Assembly (NCBI GenBank): GCA_030704615.1
Contig: CM060734.1
Span: 52,824,001 to 52,888,000 of the forward strand
Length of the DNA stretch: 64,000 nt
Source of the DNA: Takakia lepidozioides
Taxonomy: Eukaryota; Plantae; Bryophyta
Reading direction: 5' to 3'
Each line of letters starts with the position of its first letter. Position 1 is the first letter of the stretch. The translations under genes were made by a program, and so were the position numbers. Below are positions 36,373-48,402 of the stretch, one piece after another. Below the pieces are notes generated by a model. That model did no database searches. It saw nothing but the letters and a program-made list of their open reading frames with translations, and was not told the origin of the DNA.

Positions 36373-38644
36373 TGTCGTGCGCATACATATCGCTACACAA
36401 CTACATCGCTGTCCAAACCACACCACACATATATGCACAATAAAGTAGTCTGCCACAATCGCCCCCCTAGCTAGTGGATAGGTCCCTCTAACTCCAGATA
36501 GCTACAAGATGTAATAGCCACAGCCGTACTAAGTCCTCTATCACTGTCCATATTGTACTCAACTCTATCGACCAAGAGGCCGGGTACAAGAGTAGCCCCA
36601 TCGTTAGTCGCAGTCTTGCAATCTATGAACTTGAGCCAAGATCTCGTGTGTTCAAGGTCTCCTAGTAGCTTGGCCTTGCATTTCTTGTTAGCCTCCCATG
36701 GTTGTATCCACTCCCACTATCCAATGCATTGTGGACATAACCAATCCCCATCCGGAACCATCTCAAGAGGTGGAGTCAAGCATCCCATATGCCAACCTCT
36801 AGAGCATCGATCACACACCAGCATGGTGGCTGCCCCTTTAGCCGACCCACACAACATGCACCTCAAACTTGCAGATACCACTGCCAGGTTTGGGTCAATC
36901 CTGCCATTGACATTCGGAAGGTGACATGGCGCACAATTACGCACATGGTCCTTCCAAGTTATGCCATCCCGACCCTCCAAGACCAAGTCACCTGAGGGCA
37001 AGACCTCTCGAACCCTCAAAATAACACGTCTTGCAGTCGCATCCAAGGTCGTAGGAGCAGTCTGCTGCAAATAGACATAGTCACCAGGGTTGAATCTTCG
37101 AACCCCAGGACGATAGCCCCCACCACGTATGGTAGCATACCTCAACGTATCACGATGTTGTGCAATGGCAAGGTTCTCGAAAGCCATGTGCATGATTTTC
37201 TTGAACAACTCTGCACGCTGCTCACATGCACGTGCCCACACGTCCGGATCATCAAGGTTAAGAACTGTAGCAGCTTCTCTGCGAATGGATGTAGGCAAAT
37301 CCGGCTCTCGGCCAAAAAGAAGAAAGTATGGTGAGAAAGAGGCAAGTGATGCTTGCTTGCTGAACCTGTAGCCCATGGCTAACCAGGGTAACTGAAGGTC
37401 CCAATCTCCTAGGTGTCCCTTCTGCAAGCCATACTTGCGCAAACCCCTCTTTACTGTCTGAACAACTCTCTCTGCCAAGCCATCGGCCTCAGGATGATCC
37501 TGAGAAGTGGTGCGGTGGTCCATCAAGGCCTTGTCACACAAAGCCTGAAACTCCCCCAAGAACTCTCTCCCTTGGTCCTTGAGTACCTCAGCTGGAGCAC
37601 CGAATCGGCTAAGCACACAATCCAAGAATGCATACGCAGCTCCCTCACTAGCCTTATCAGGCAATGGAACCAACTCGATCCACTTGGAGAAGTGTTCCAC
37701 CATCACCAACACGTACTTGTTGTGGCGCATGGTCAGTGGCAACGGCCCTGCGAAGTCAAGACTCCACCTGTAGCCCAATCCCATGATCGGAAGAGGGTGC
37801 AATTGTGGAGTAGGGGCGTTGAATGAAGCACGCACCCTGTCACACACCATGCACCTAGCCACAAATTGTTGCACCTCTGTGTGCATACCACGCCACCAAT
37901 ACTGCCCCTGCAGTAGACTATAAGTGCGTCGCACCCCAAAATGCCCCAACTCCTCATGGGCATGCCGCACTAACCGTGCCCGCTGTGTTGGGTGAGGCAC
38001 AATCCTCACTCGACCATCCTCCCACATTCGGAGCAGGTGTGTCCCCTCCCACTTGAACCTCTTGGCTTGTTGTAGGATCGAATCCCTCTCCTTGGCAGTC
38101 ACAGTGGCTGCCGTGTCTCCAGTGCGAAGATAGTCCAACACAGCTGAATCCTCATGTATATCTTTGGCACCACCTTGCTCATTGCTGGCCTCAGGGTCAT
38201 CAGACACTTGATCTACAGTCATCCTTGTTGCAGGTCCAACCTGGCCTTCCGCTGCCAAGATACACAGAAATGCAGATGCATGCCATCCGGGCACCATCTC
38301 CTCGTCCGTCTCACCATGCCACCGAGCTCCAGTGTCATCCTGCTGGCTCGTGCATGGATTGCGACTCAACCCATCTGCATTGCGATTGACCAAACCTGGT
38401 CGATGCACCACCTGAAAGTCATACTCTTGAAGGATGAGTGCCCACCGTGCAAGCTTCCCCGTAAGCTTGTCTGACTCCATCAACCACTTGAGTGGTTGGT
38501 GATCCGTGACAAGGGTGAAGAGATTGCCATATAGATAGCACCTGAAGTGTGCCACGGCCCACACTGCAGCTAAGCATTCTCCCTCATATGAGCTATACTT
38601 AGACTCTGCAACGTTGTTCGAGCAGCTAGCATAAGCCACTACGA
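36373..38644 (-). mobile_element. 5'-truncated second copy of the DNMT/PHD Gypsy element (RH-INT-PHD, 3' UTR, PPT, 85-bp terminal repeat)
   Basis: Inverted homolog of 46610-48747. PPT AGCTAGGGGGGCGAT abuts the repeat TGTGGCAGAC...GCGCACGACA (36457-36373). Confidence 0.93.
36717..38644 (-). CDS. RNase H (C-terminal part), integrase and PHD finger in one uninterrupted frame
   Basis: YEGECLAAVWAV, TDHQPL, NADGLSR; HEELGH..CMVC; WSLDF, DQG, DGLAE; C-terminal CMLC..MLVCDRCSRGWHMGCLTPPL..VPDGDWLCPQC (C4HC3). Confidence 0.93.
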
Positions 38645-39977
38645 GATAGGAATACCAAGGAACTTGGCGTATTCTGCTGCCTGGCGGTGTTCTGCAGTGC
38701 AGCCATTCGTCCATTCATTGAATGCTGGAGGATGAGCAAACATGTGAAGTAGCTTTGTAATTTATGCACCTGCCAGAGGAGCGAGCAAGGCCATCAAGAA
38801 TTGAAGGGATGACTTGCGCTGACTAGAAGCTAGGGTTTGCAAGAGAGCAAACTGCTGCTGCGAAAGATGGACAGAGCAGAACTGTGAATATGCTCGTTGG
38901 CGGATGGTTTGCTGAGGGGAGCGCCATAACATAATGACTCTGGCTTCTAGAGAAGCGCCGGAAGAAGCAGCATACGTGGTCTTGGGAAATGATCAATGCA
39001 CTGGTCTGATCCAGAAATTTCCCTTCTTGCCTTATCGACATCAGTTCTGCCCAATAATCAAGCGAGTGTAGTTGTGGCACTTTGAGCGTCAATTGAAAGG
39101 CTTGTAAGCTGGAATCTGATGCGGCTTGAAGAATCTGACCGTGGAGGAATCAGATAAAAGGGAGCAGGGAAGGATGACAATTTAGGCATTAATGTGGTGT
39201 CATCTGAAACTGCCGGTCCCTTGAAGACAGAAGGGGCCCAGCTCACTACACGACCTGCTCGGTCTATGTGAACAATCCAGAACTTGAGGGCAGCCTGTGC
39301 CAACTCCATGTAAAGGCTTACACAATCAGTGATAGCAGATCTGTTGCTGCCACCTTGAAAAATTAGCACGCATGAAGGGCTGTAAGTGTTCTTGATCAAA
39401 GCTAGTTAGCTCTGGTGCTTTCCGGGGTTGCATTGTAAGTGCTCCTGCTTTTGTTGGGAATATTGGTGCAAAGGATTAAGGCTCGGCATAGCTACGGATC
39501 TCGACTGGAGGAGAGCAGGTCACTGGGAACCAAGAGCTGTGGGGGTGCATTTGTAAACACAACTGAAATCCTGGGAATTATAGGTCACGGTGCAAGGGAG
39601 TCTGTGGTGAGAACTACATGAACACGTTTGGAACCTGTTAAGATAACGTGGGAACAGCTTTCAATGGCAAGAACGTTTTGGTGTTTAAAATAAAAAATAA
39701 AAAAAAAAAAAAAACCAAAAAATCCCTTTTGATCTAATTTGAATGATTTAGAGCCTAATTGGTCATATTTTTGTCATATGAGCTCCGTTTGACACAGTTT
39801 TTGAGGGGATAGCTGCAGAAAGGGGAAATCTGCATGTCTACCTATCTACCTATTTTGGACTCTGCTAAAAATCTATGGAATTTTTAGAGTGTGAGTGTGT
39901 CATGAAAGATCCACAATTCTGTTTCTAGAACCTGTTCTGGTCTATATGAGAGACAAATCTGTGGATGTCCTCCTTGT

Positions 39978-40727
39978 ATGGCTGGGGGAAATGAAGACGT
40001 AATTGAAGGGCAGGTCTCTTCTCTTAGCCTATGCACACAAGGGGACAAAATTTATGTTTCCCAAGGGGCTCAGACTGATTTGAGTGGAGAACAGTTGGAC
40101 GAGTTGATTGCATACTGGGAGTCAGGCATTAGCAGTAGACAACAAACTGCTGTAGTTGGCGTTAAGGGCCTTAATATCACTTTGGACAGTCAGAACTCTG
40201 TTGGAGCCAGCAGTTCTGCAGCTGTAAGTGAAATACCAAAGTGGGTGAAAGCTAGGCTTGGAACACAGCCAAAGTCAGCCCTGGGGACCAAGGTGTTCAG
40301 CCACAAGGCCGTGGTGTACTGGAGCAGAGGAGCAGAAGCTACACAAGTTTGTGCAATTAGACATGGTTGTAGCCGGACACGCTCTACACGAGGCAACCAC
40401 GAGCGGGGGTTCATTAGCAATGAAAAGTTTGTGCTGCTTGAAGGAGATGCAGTCATTCGCAATGAGGACACCTGCAACCGTCTCAAAGCTTTCGAGTTGA
40501 GAGACTGTTAGACCCTACCTTTATTTTCTTTAGTGTTCAGTGAGCGGGAGATAGGGGAGTATTGTTTTGTCTCTACTTGGCAGAAAGAGGAGGAGGGTTG
40601 GTTAGAACGAGCTACTGTAGCTTGGGACAAGGTTAGTGGCAGGTTTCTGGACATAGATACACCTCCTACACCTTACCATCATGCAGAGCGAGGCACTTTG
40701 AGAGAAGTCTGGCAGTTGATAGCATAG
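39978..40727 (+). CDS. ORF of unknown function upstream of the DNMT-element gag, interrupted by one TAG
   Basis: ORFs 39978-40511 and 40533-40727 share a frame, separated only by TAG at 40509-40511 (about 250 codons). Confidence 0.4.
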
Positions 40728-41248
40728 ATCAGGATTAGATCTTGCTTGGTCGGGCCTCTATTCTTCCCCTCCCTCTTGTTACTATTTCCATTACTTTGTA
40801 CTTGTAGTTGCCAAAGCCTCTCTTGGTGGAGGCCAGTCAGTCCGGGGTTTTGGGCTGGGATATTTTGCAGGATCAGTATTGCAGATGGATTTTGGTGTGG
40901 GGGTGTTGATGTTTTGATTTCTTGTGTTTGGATCCCCCCCAACACCTGCATGCTTGACTGTGCGCCATGTTGGTTTTGTGTGGGCGTTTGCTTTCATAGG
41001 GATTAGGCCGGATTTGATCACCGGTCAATCCTAGAGTATGCTCTCGGTGGTGAGGCTGGAGTGATGACCAGCAAGACCACCAGTGTTTCTTCTATGGTGA
41101 GACTGGGTTGATGACCAGCCAACCATAGGAGTTCTTGCGGTGGATGCAGGTGCAGGTGCCCTGAGCCACTGGGATATGACCCTTTAAACTGCAACAGGTG
41201 CCCACCCGTGTCACTATTAGAATTAGTACTAGAGCCTTATAGTGTCAC

Positions 41249-42605
41249 GTGGGGGAGGTGCACATTGTGAGTGTCATCACGGAGTTACCCAAGGGTTTTG
41301 AGGGGAGTACGGCTATAGGCAGTAACAGTGAGAGTGGGTTCACAAGACGAGGTATTCGGTTCAGACCACCTTCATCTCCACCCTCAACTAGTGCAGAGTC
41401 AGACACAGACTCGGAGGCTTCATCAACAGGTGTGCAGTTTCATTCGCCATTGTTGTGGGACGACATGGAGGAGATGTATGGAGCTACCAAGGGGCCTCGT
41501 AGGTACTCTGGAGCTGTGGGCACAATCGAGCTGGATGACTTTATCCAGGAGTTCGACAGTTGGTGTGATTTGCAGCAGATGCGCAATCCACAGCTCTTCA
41601 CCCCATTCATGGCGTGGAAGGGATTGTTCCAGCATTTGGAAGGCCCGCCTATGGACGATTACCACGTGTTCAGGCGAGGACATGAAGCAGAAATTGAAGA
41701 GTGGAGGATGTATTGGTCACATGACTACGTCTCTATTACTCGAGGAACAACGCGACCAGTAGCGGCATCAGCACCAATACCTCCCACGGCTAGCACTAGT
41801 AGTGGAACAAGTAGTGCCGGTACTTCTGCAGAAGGTCCTACTACTCATACTCCCACGACTACAACACATGTGCCTAGATTCAGCCCGATGGTGGAGTTCT
41901 TCCAGGAGTTGCGGAGGAACTACCAAGGTGTACGGACAGAGAAGCTGCGAAGTTTGCAAGACTTCCAGCGCAAACCGAGTGAGAGCCTGCGAGAGGCGTA
42001 CATTCGTATGAGGTGCTTGATAAGTGTGACCCAAGGGGTTACTGAAGCTCTAGTATGGAATTTTGGACAAGGAGCTCAGGAGAAGGGTGCGGGATGCAAC
42101 CCTGTTACAAGCAGCCCAACCCACATTAGCAGATGTGTTTCTGCTGGCTGAGCGGATTGAGCTCAACATGGTGGAGGAGCAAGTTGTTACCATTGGATTT
42201 GGCAAAGACATGCCTGCATGAGGTGCAGCTGCCAGCCCACGGGCACAAGGGATTGCCCAACAACGTGGTCAGGGGGGCAAGGTTTCCCAACCCAAATTTC
42301 ATGGAGCTTACAGGGGACCTAAAGTGCAGAGGCCAATAGCATCTTTTGCAAGCCAACATCAACTAGGGGTGATATGTTGGACATGTGGAGGACCCCATGT
42401 CAAGAGAGATTGCCCAGAGAGTGGCAAAAGGCCGACACAAGCACAACTTGCACAGTTGCAGTGTGGGCATTGTGGCAAGTATGGGCATGGAGATGCCCAG
42501 TGTTATGACTTGCATCCTGAGTTGCGCCCAGGCCAGTTCCAAGGGAACAATGGTGGCTGGGGGCGAGGTGGACCAGCCCAGAGAGGAGGAGGTGGCCGGA
42601 CATAA
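41249..42605 (+). pseudogene. gag of the DNMT/PHD Gypsy
   Basis: LQDFQRKPSESLREAYIRM gag motif; zinc knuckles CWTCGGPHVKRDC and CGHCGKYGHGDAQC; RGG-rich tail; frameshifted. Confidence 0.8.
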
Positions 42606-43369
42606 GGTGCAGGGCAAGGGCAAGCTCAACATGGCCAAGGACGCGGAGGTCAGCATGTTGACCAAGGCATGGCCAACCGGCTTCAGCAGCTAGAGCAGAG
42701 GCTCGCTGCCATGGCTACAACTCAGGTGGTACCAGTTCCCAGGCGGGATGGTCCACCTCTTGCTCCTGAGGGAGGAGATATGGGAGGCATGGGATTCATG
42801 TGCGGAGCAGCACTACCACTAGAGCAGGTGGAGTCTGCTGCAGCCGTGACTCGAGGAGCAGCACGAGTTCCTGAGCCACGAGGTGCAGAGGTGGAATTGG
42901 ATCCACAACGTGAGGAAGCAAAGCCGTCAGGCGAGGCTTCCTCAGTCATTCACATTGGCGGAGACAGTGTCGACGCCATCCATGGCACCTAGTTCTCGGC
43001 CGACTGTTACCGAGGCGGAGGTTACTATGCCATTGGGGAGAGCTACACGTGCATCACTGACACCTGCTACCAAGGCTAGTGTAGCTGGTGTGTTATTGGG
43101 GGCAACCACCTCTGTGTGTCAAGCCCCATTGTTCTCGGCAACCATGATTGCGACGCTGGGGGTAAGACCAGCTACAGTGTTCAGACTAGCAGCAACACTC
43201 TGTGAGAGTGGGGAGGTCACTTCATCTTCTGCAGAGTTACTGGAAGGTGTAGTGGCAGAGGGATCCTCGGATTTGAGGGTCAAGACTGCCACGGCTGCGC
43301 CATGGCAAGCTGCAGCTACCAGGTTGATGGAGCTGCCAGCTAGGCCAGCCTTTGAGCGCGCCATGGTGA

Positions 43370-43803
43370 CACCTGGAGTTGTCTTGCTAGACAACCAGGA
43401 TGGCATTTTCTCTTTGAGTGGACCAGCAGGCAAGAAGTACCGGCCACTGCGGGTCTTGTTGGACTCGGGAGCTCAGCCACTGATGTTGGGCAGAGCTGCT
43501 ATTGCAGGTTTGGGCCTCATGGAGGCGGATATGGAGCCTTGTCCTTTCCATATACAGACATCTCTGGGAGGATCAGAGCAGGCTCGGGGCATGACACGGC
43601 GTGAGTTGGCCATTAGACTGCAGCCGGATCATCCTATAGATGGCTCAGTGATGCGAGCCAAGGCCATTATAACAGACGCGGTCTCTTACAATGTCCTCAT
43701 TGGTGGGGCAGTGTTATATCCCATGGGCTTCACCTTGGACTTTTGGGAGGAGTCAGCATCCTACAGGCCTGGATGGCAGTCAGGGGATGGTCGTCGTGCA
43801 TAG
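43370..43803 (+). pseudogene. Retroviral-type aspartic protease
   Basis: RVLLDSGAQPL catalytic motif and downstream YNVLIGG; in frame with the methyltransferase ORF across TAG 43801-43803. Confidence 0.85.
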
Positions 43804-44172
43804 CTCCCTGTGACATTCATTGGAAGTATTGCGGCTGCCCAGCGGGGCAAGATGCCAACACTAGCTGCCTTTACAGCTACAGTTAGTTGGCCTGGAGAGT
43901 TGCTGGAAGGCAATGCCCATGCAGAGGATGTGCCACCTTCAGCAGAGCAGGATGACATGCATGGTATGGCGGAGTTGTCTGCCATGGTTGCTCACACTCC
44001 ATTGTGGGGTACGAACGAGGATTTGCAGCAGGCTGCTGATGGACGGGTGCAACAAGCCTGGGTAGAGGCCTTCGTACTGTCAGGAGAAGAGGAGAGTGCG
44101 GTGATTGCACCAGGACCACCTCAGTTGTCGCCATTGGATACCACACCTCTTGTGTGGCAGTGCCCGGATGAA

Positions 44173-45100
44173 GGCATATGCCTTCTGGACTTGTTTGGCG
44201 GGATCAGCACTGGATTGGCTGAAGTGTTGCAAGCAGGTGTACGAGTTCGACGTTACCTGTATGTGGAGAGGGATAAGACTGCACGACACGTCTCACTACG
44301 CCATGTTGCTCAGTTGGTACAGCAGTACCCTGATTTGTTGCTAGTGTCTGCAGTTCGTGGATACCAACAAGCCTTGCCAGCAGACATTTCGTTGCTGGGG
44401 GCGCAGGATTTGGAGCAGGCTGGTTCCATTGATCTGGTAGTGGCAGGTTGGCCCTGCCAAGGGCATTCATCAGTTGGGCATGACAATGGATTGCGAGACT
44501 CGAGGACGGGTCTGTTTTGGGAGATGGTGCGGGTTTTGCGTCACTTGCAGCTTCATCAAGCTGTATCTCCAGCATACATCTTGGAGAATGTGCCACTGAT
44601 GGGTGATTCTTGGGCTAGGGTGATGGCCAGTGTGCATCAAGTCCGGTCGTGGCTTGGGTCAGCAGTGGGGTCACGGGCTCATCGTCCATGGCTATGGTGG
44701 ACTAACTTGATGCCACCCGCATTGCTCAAGCGTGCATTTGATGGGGTGCAGCGGCCAACACACCTCACAGTGGATAGCATTTTGGACACAGGGAGGCAGT
44801 CTCAACGTGTGAGACACGATGACCGTTCGCCTTTGGTAGTGTCAACAGGGTGGGTCAACCACGAGCAGCATTACCTACACTGCTCAGCTTCCCAGGATCC
44901 CATGCTTTTCGGGATGGTGGACCTGGCCTCTTGTGGGATAGCCAGTTGCAACAATTAGTGGAGCCCAATGCTGACGAGCGCGAGCGGGCGATGGGTTTTA
45001 CCACTGGTACCACGGCGGTGCCATCTCTTTCTGAGGCATCACGTCGTCAGGTGTTGGGGCAAGCAATGGATCTCAATTGCTTGACCTGGATTATCAGCTT
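44173..45100 (+). pseudogene. Cytosine-5 DNA methyltransferase domain (DNMT3/DRM-like) embedded in pol
   Basis: Motif I LDLFGGI, II YVERD, III ADI, IV AGWPCQG, V GLF, VI ILENV, VIII AHRP(W)LWWTNL, then after a frameshift at about 44840, IX ERERAMGF and X RRQVLGQAMD. Confidence 0.93.
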
Positions 45101-45529
45101 GGCTATGGCTGAGCAGCGTAGAGTACGGAGTACACTTCCCTTCATGGTCTCCCTGCCTACCGAGACGGTACAGGCAGCAAGTGGGGCGAGCAGGTGAGGA
45201 CCACGAGGTGCAGGCCGCATCCATGGCACACGTGGGAGGTGCTCGAGGTTCAGAATGAGTTGGCAGCCAAGGCGGCGGTGATGGATCAGGTTGGGGATTT
45301 TTCTCAGGTTGAGGAGGTCCTCAAGGATGGGATGATGGGGCAGGGTGAGACATTGTCACTGATAGAGGAGGCAGTGGTCACTGCTCAAGAGGTTGCAACA
45401 TAGCAACCACGGGACGCGTCTTCTACCTCTAAGCCTGCTGGACTCAAGGTTGCAGTCACGGAGGACAACTGGGAGCCTGATGTTGGACCTATACTTACCG
45501 GAGGAGAGAGACGACGTATACGACGGTTC

Positions 45530-48402
45530 TTGAGGGCTTACAGGAACTGCTTTGCCTTTAGTTTGAAGGACTTAGGAGCACTGAAGGGTCAAGAGATTCG
45601 CATTGAATTGGCTACTGACACGCCAATCTTTCGGAGACCCTATAGATACAGTGACATAGAGAGGTCCTTGATTCAGATGAGAACTCAGGACCTTTGGGAG
45701 GCTGGTTTGGTGGAGCTATCTAGGGGAGAGTATGCTTCAGCCATAATGATGCCAGCCAAAAAGGATGTCTATGGCAATTGGACGGAGAGACGTATGTGCA
45801 GTGATTACCGGCCTGTAAATCGTCAGACCAAGTCCAATAGGTATGCTATGCCGACACCAAAGGAGATCTTTGATGCCATTGGGCATGCCAAGGTCTTTAG
45901 CACTTTGGATTTACGATCCGGATATCACCAGTTGCCGATCAAGGGGGCGGATAAGTAGAAGACGACATTCTGGGGATCAATGAGCACATGAAAGATTGCC
46001 TATACCAGTGGCGGTTCTTACCATTTGGGCTTAAAAACGCTCCTGCAGAGTTTCAAAGAGTCGTGGACATGATTCTAGCAGGGGTGGAGTTTGCTCGGTG
46101 CTACATAGATGACATCATCATCTTTAGTGCTACGGTGGAGGAGCATGAGAGACACCTTCAGGTGGTATTTGAGCGCTTGAGGGCGCACGGATTGAAGTTA
46201 CATCCGGGGAAGTGCAAGTTTTTCCACAACCAGATTGAGTATCTGGGTCACATGATATATCTTGGAGGATTGGGGGTACAGCAGACTAAGGTAGAGGCCA
46301 TTGCACAGATTCCACGCCCCACGGATGTGAGCCGAGTTCGAGCTTTCATGGGGTTGACAAACTATTATAGACGGTTTGTCAAGGGATTTAGTGCCATTGC
46401 AAAGGCTCTAACCAAGCTGACCAAGGTGGACCAGGAGTGGCAGTGGGAAGATGAGCAAGAACGAGCTTTCCAAGAGCTCAAGGCGAGGTTGACCTCGGCG
46501 CCCATCTTGAGACGACCTATCAGGGGGCGTCCTTTTCAGCTGCATACAGATTGGAGCATGCTGGGGCTTGGAGCGGTGCTCACACAGGTGGATGATGAGG
46601 GAAGAGAGTTCGTAGTGGCTTATGCTAGCCACTTGAACAATGCTGTAGAGTCTAAGTATAGCTCATATGAGGGAGAATGCTTAGCTGCAGTGTGGGCTGT
46701 GGCACACTTCATATGCTATCTATACGACAATCTCTTCACCCTTGTCACGGATCACCAACCACTCAAGTGGTTGATGGAGTCAGACAAGCTTACGGGGAAG
46801 CTTGCACGGTGGGCACTCATCCTCCAAGAATATGACTTTCAGGTTGTGCATCGACCGGGTTTGGTCAATCGCAATGCAGATGGGTTGAGTCGCAATCCAT
46901 GCACGAGCCAACAGAATGACACTAGAGCTCGGTGGCATGGTGAGACGGACGAGGAGATGGTGCCCGGATGGCATGCATCTGTATTTCTGTGTATCTTGGC
47001 AACGGAAGGCCAGGTTGGACCTGCAACAGGGATGACTGTAGATCAAGTGTTTGATGACCCTGAGGCCAGCAATGAGCAAGGTGGCGCCAAAGATATACAT
47101 GAGGATTCAGTTGTGTTGGACTACCTCCACACTGGAGACACTGCAGCCACTGTGATTGCCAAGAAGAGGGATCGGATCCTACAACGAGCCAAGAGGTTCA
47201 AGTTGGAGGGGACACATCTGCTCCGAGTGTGGGAGGATGGTTGAGTGAGGATTGTGACTCACCCAACACAGCGGGCACGGTTAGTGCGGCATGCCCATGA
47301 GGAGTTGGGGCATTTTGGGGTGCGACGCACTTATAGTCTACTGCAGGGACAGTATTGGTGGCGTGGTATGCACACAGAGGTGCAACAATTTGTGGCTAGG
47401 TGCATGGTGTGTGACAGGGTGCGTGCTTCATTCAACGCCCCTACTCCACAATTGCACCCTCTTCCGATCATGGGATTGGGCTACAAGTGGAGTCTTGACT
47501 TCGCAGGGCCGTTGCCACTGACCATGCGTCACAACAAGTACGTGTTGGTGATGGTGGAGCACTTCTCCAAGTGGATCGAGTTGGTTCCGTTGCCTGATAA
47601 GGCTAGTGAGGGAGCTGCGTATGCATTCTTGGATTGTGTACTTAGCCGCTTCGGTGCTCCAGCTGAGGTACTCACGGACCAAGGGAGAGAGTTCTTGGGG
47701 GAGTTTCAGGCTTTGTGTGACAAGGCCTTGATAGACCACCGCACCACTTCTCGGGATCATCCTGAGGCCGATGGCTTGGCAAAGAGAGTTGTTCAGACAG
47801 TAAAGAGGGGTTTGCGCAAGTATGGCTTGCAGAAGGGACACCTAGGAGATTGGGACCTTCAGTTACCCTGGTTAGCCATAGGCTACAGGTTTAGCAAGCA
47901 AACATCACTTGCCTCCTTCTCACCATACTTTCTTCTCTTTGGCCGAGAGCCGGATTTGCCTACATCCATTCGTACAGAAGCTGCTACCATACGTGGAAGA
48001 GGCTATCGTCCTGGGGTTCGGAGATTCAACCCTGGTGACTATGTCTATCTGCAGCAGACTGCTCCCACGACCTTGGATGTGACTGCAGGACGTGTTATTT
48101 TGAGGGTTCGAGAGGTCTTGCCCTCAGGCGTCTTGATCTTGGAGGGTCGGGATGACATAACTTGGAAGGACCATGTGCGTAATTGTGCGCCATGTCACCT
48201 TCCGAATGTCGATGGCAGGATTGACCAAAACCTGGCAGTGGTATCTGCAAGTTTGAGGTGCATGTTGTGTGGGTCTGCTAAAGGGGCAGCCACCATGCTG
48301 ATGTGTGATCGATGCTCTAGAGGTTGGCATATGTGATGCTTGACTCCACCTCTCGAGATGGTTCCTGATGGAGATTGGTTATGTCTGCATTGCATTGGAT
48401 AG
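45530..48402 (+). pseudogene. RT, RNase H, integrase and PHD finger of the DNMT Gypsy
   Basis: RRMCSDYR, LDLRSGYHQ, PFGLKNAP, YIDD, HTDWS, TDHQPL, HHCC, DDE core and PHD at 48259-48402. Stops at 45956, 47242 and 48334, plus a frameshift near 45980. Confidence 0.95.

Noticed and set aside
38645-38714. N-terminus of the 665-aa ORF as a real start
   Set aside because: Homology to the sister copy ends at about 38644; the upstream codons are unrelated flank that happens to be in frame.
44173-45100. Methyltransferase as bacterial contamination or a restriction-modification gene
   Set aside because: It is embedded between a Gypsy protease and RT in intron-rich plant DNA, with DNMT3-like C-terminal motifs and no endonuclease partner.
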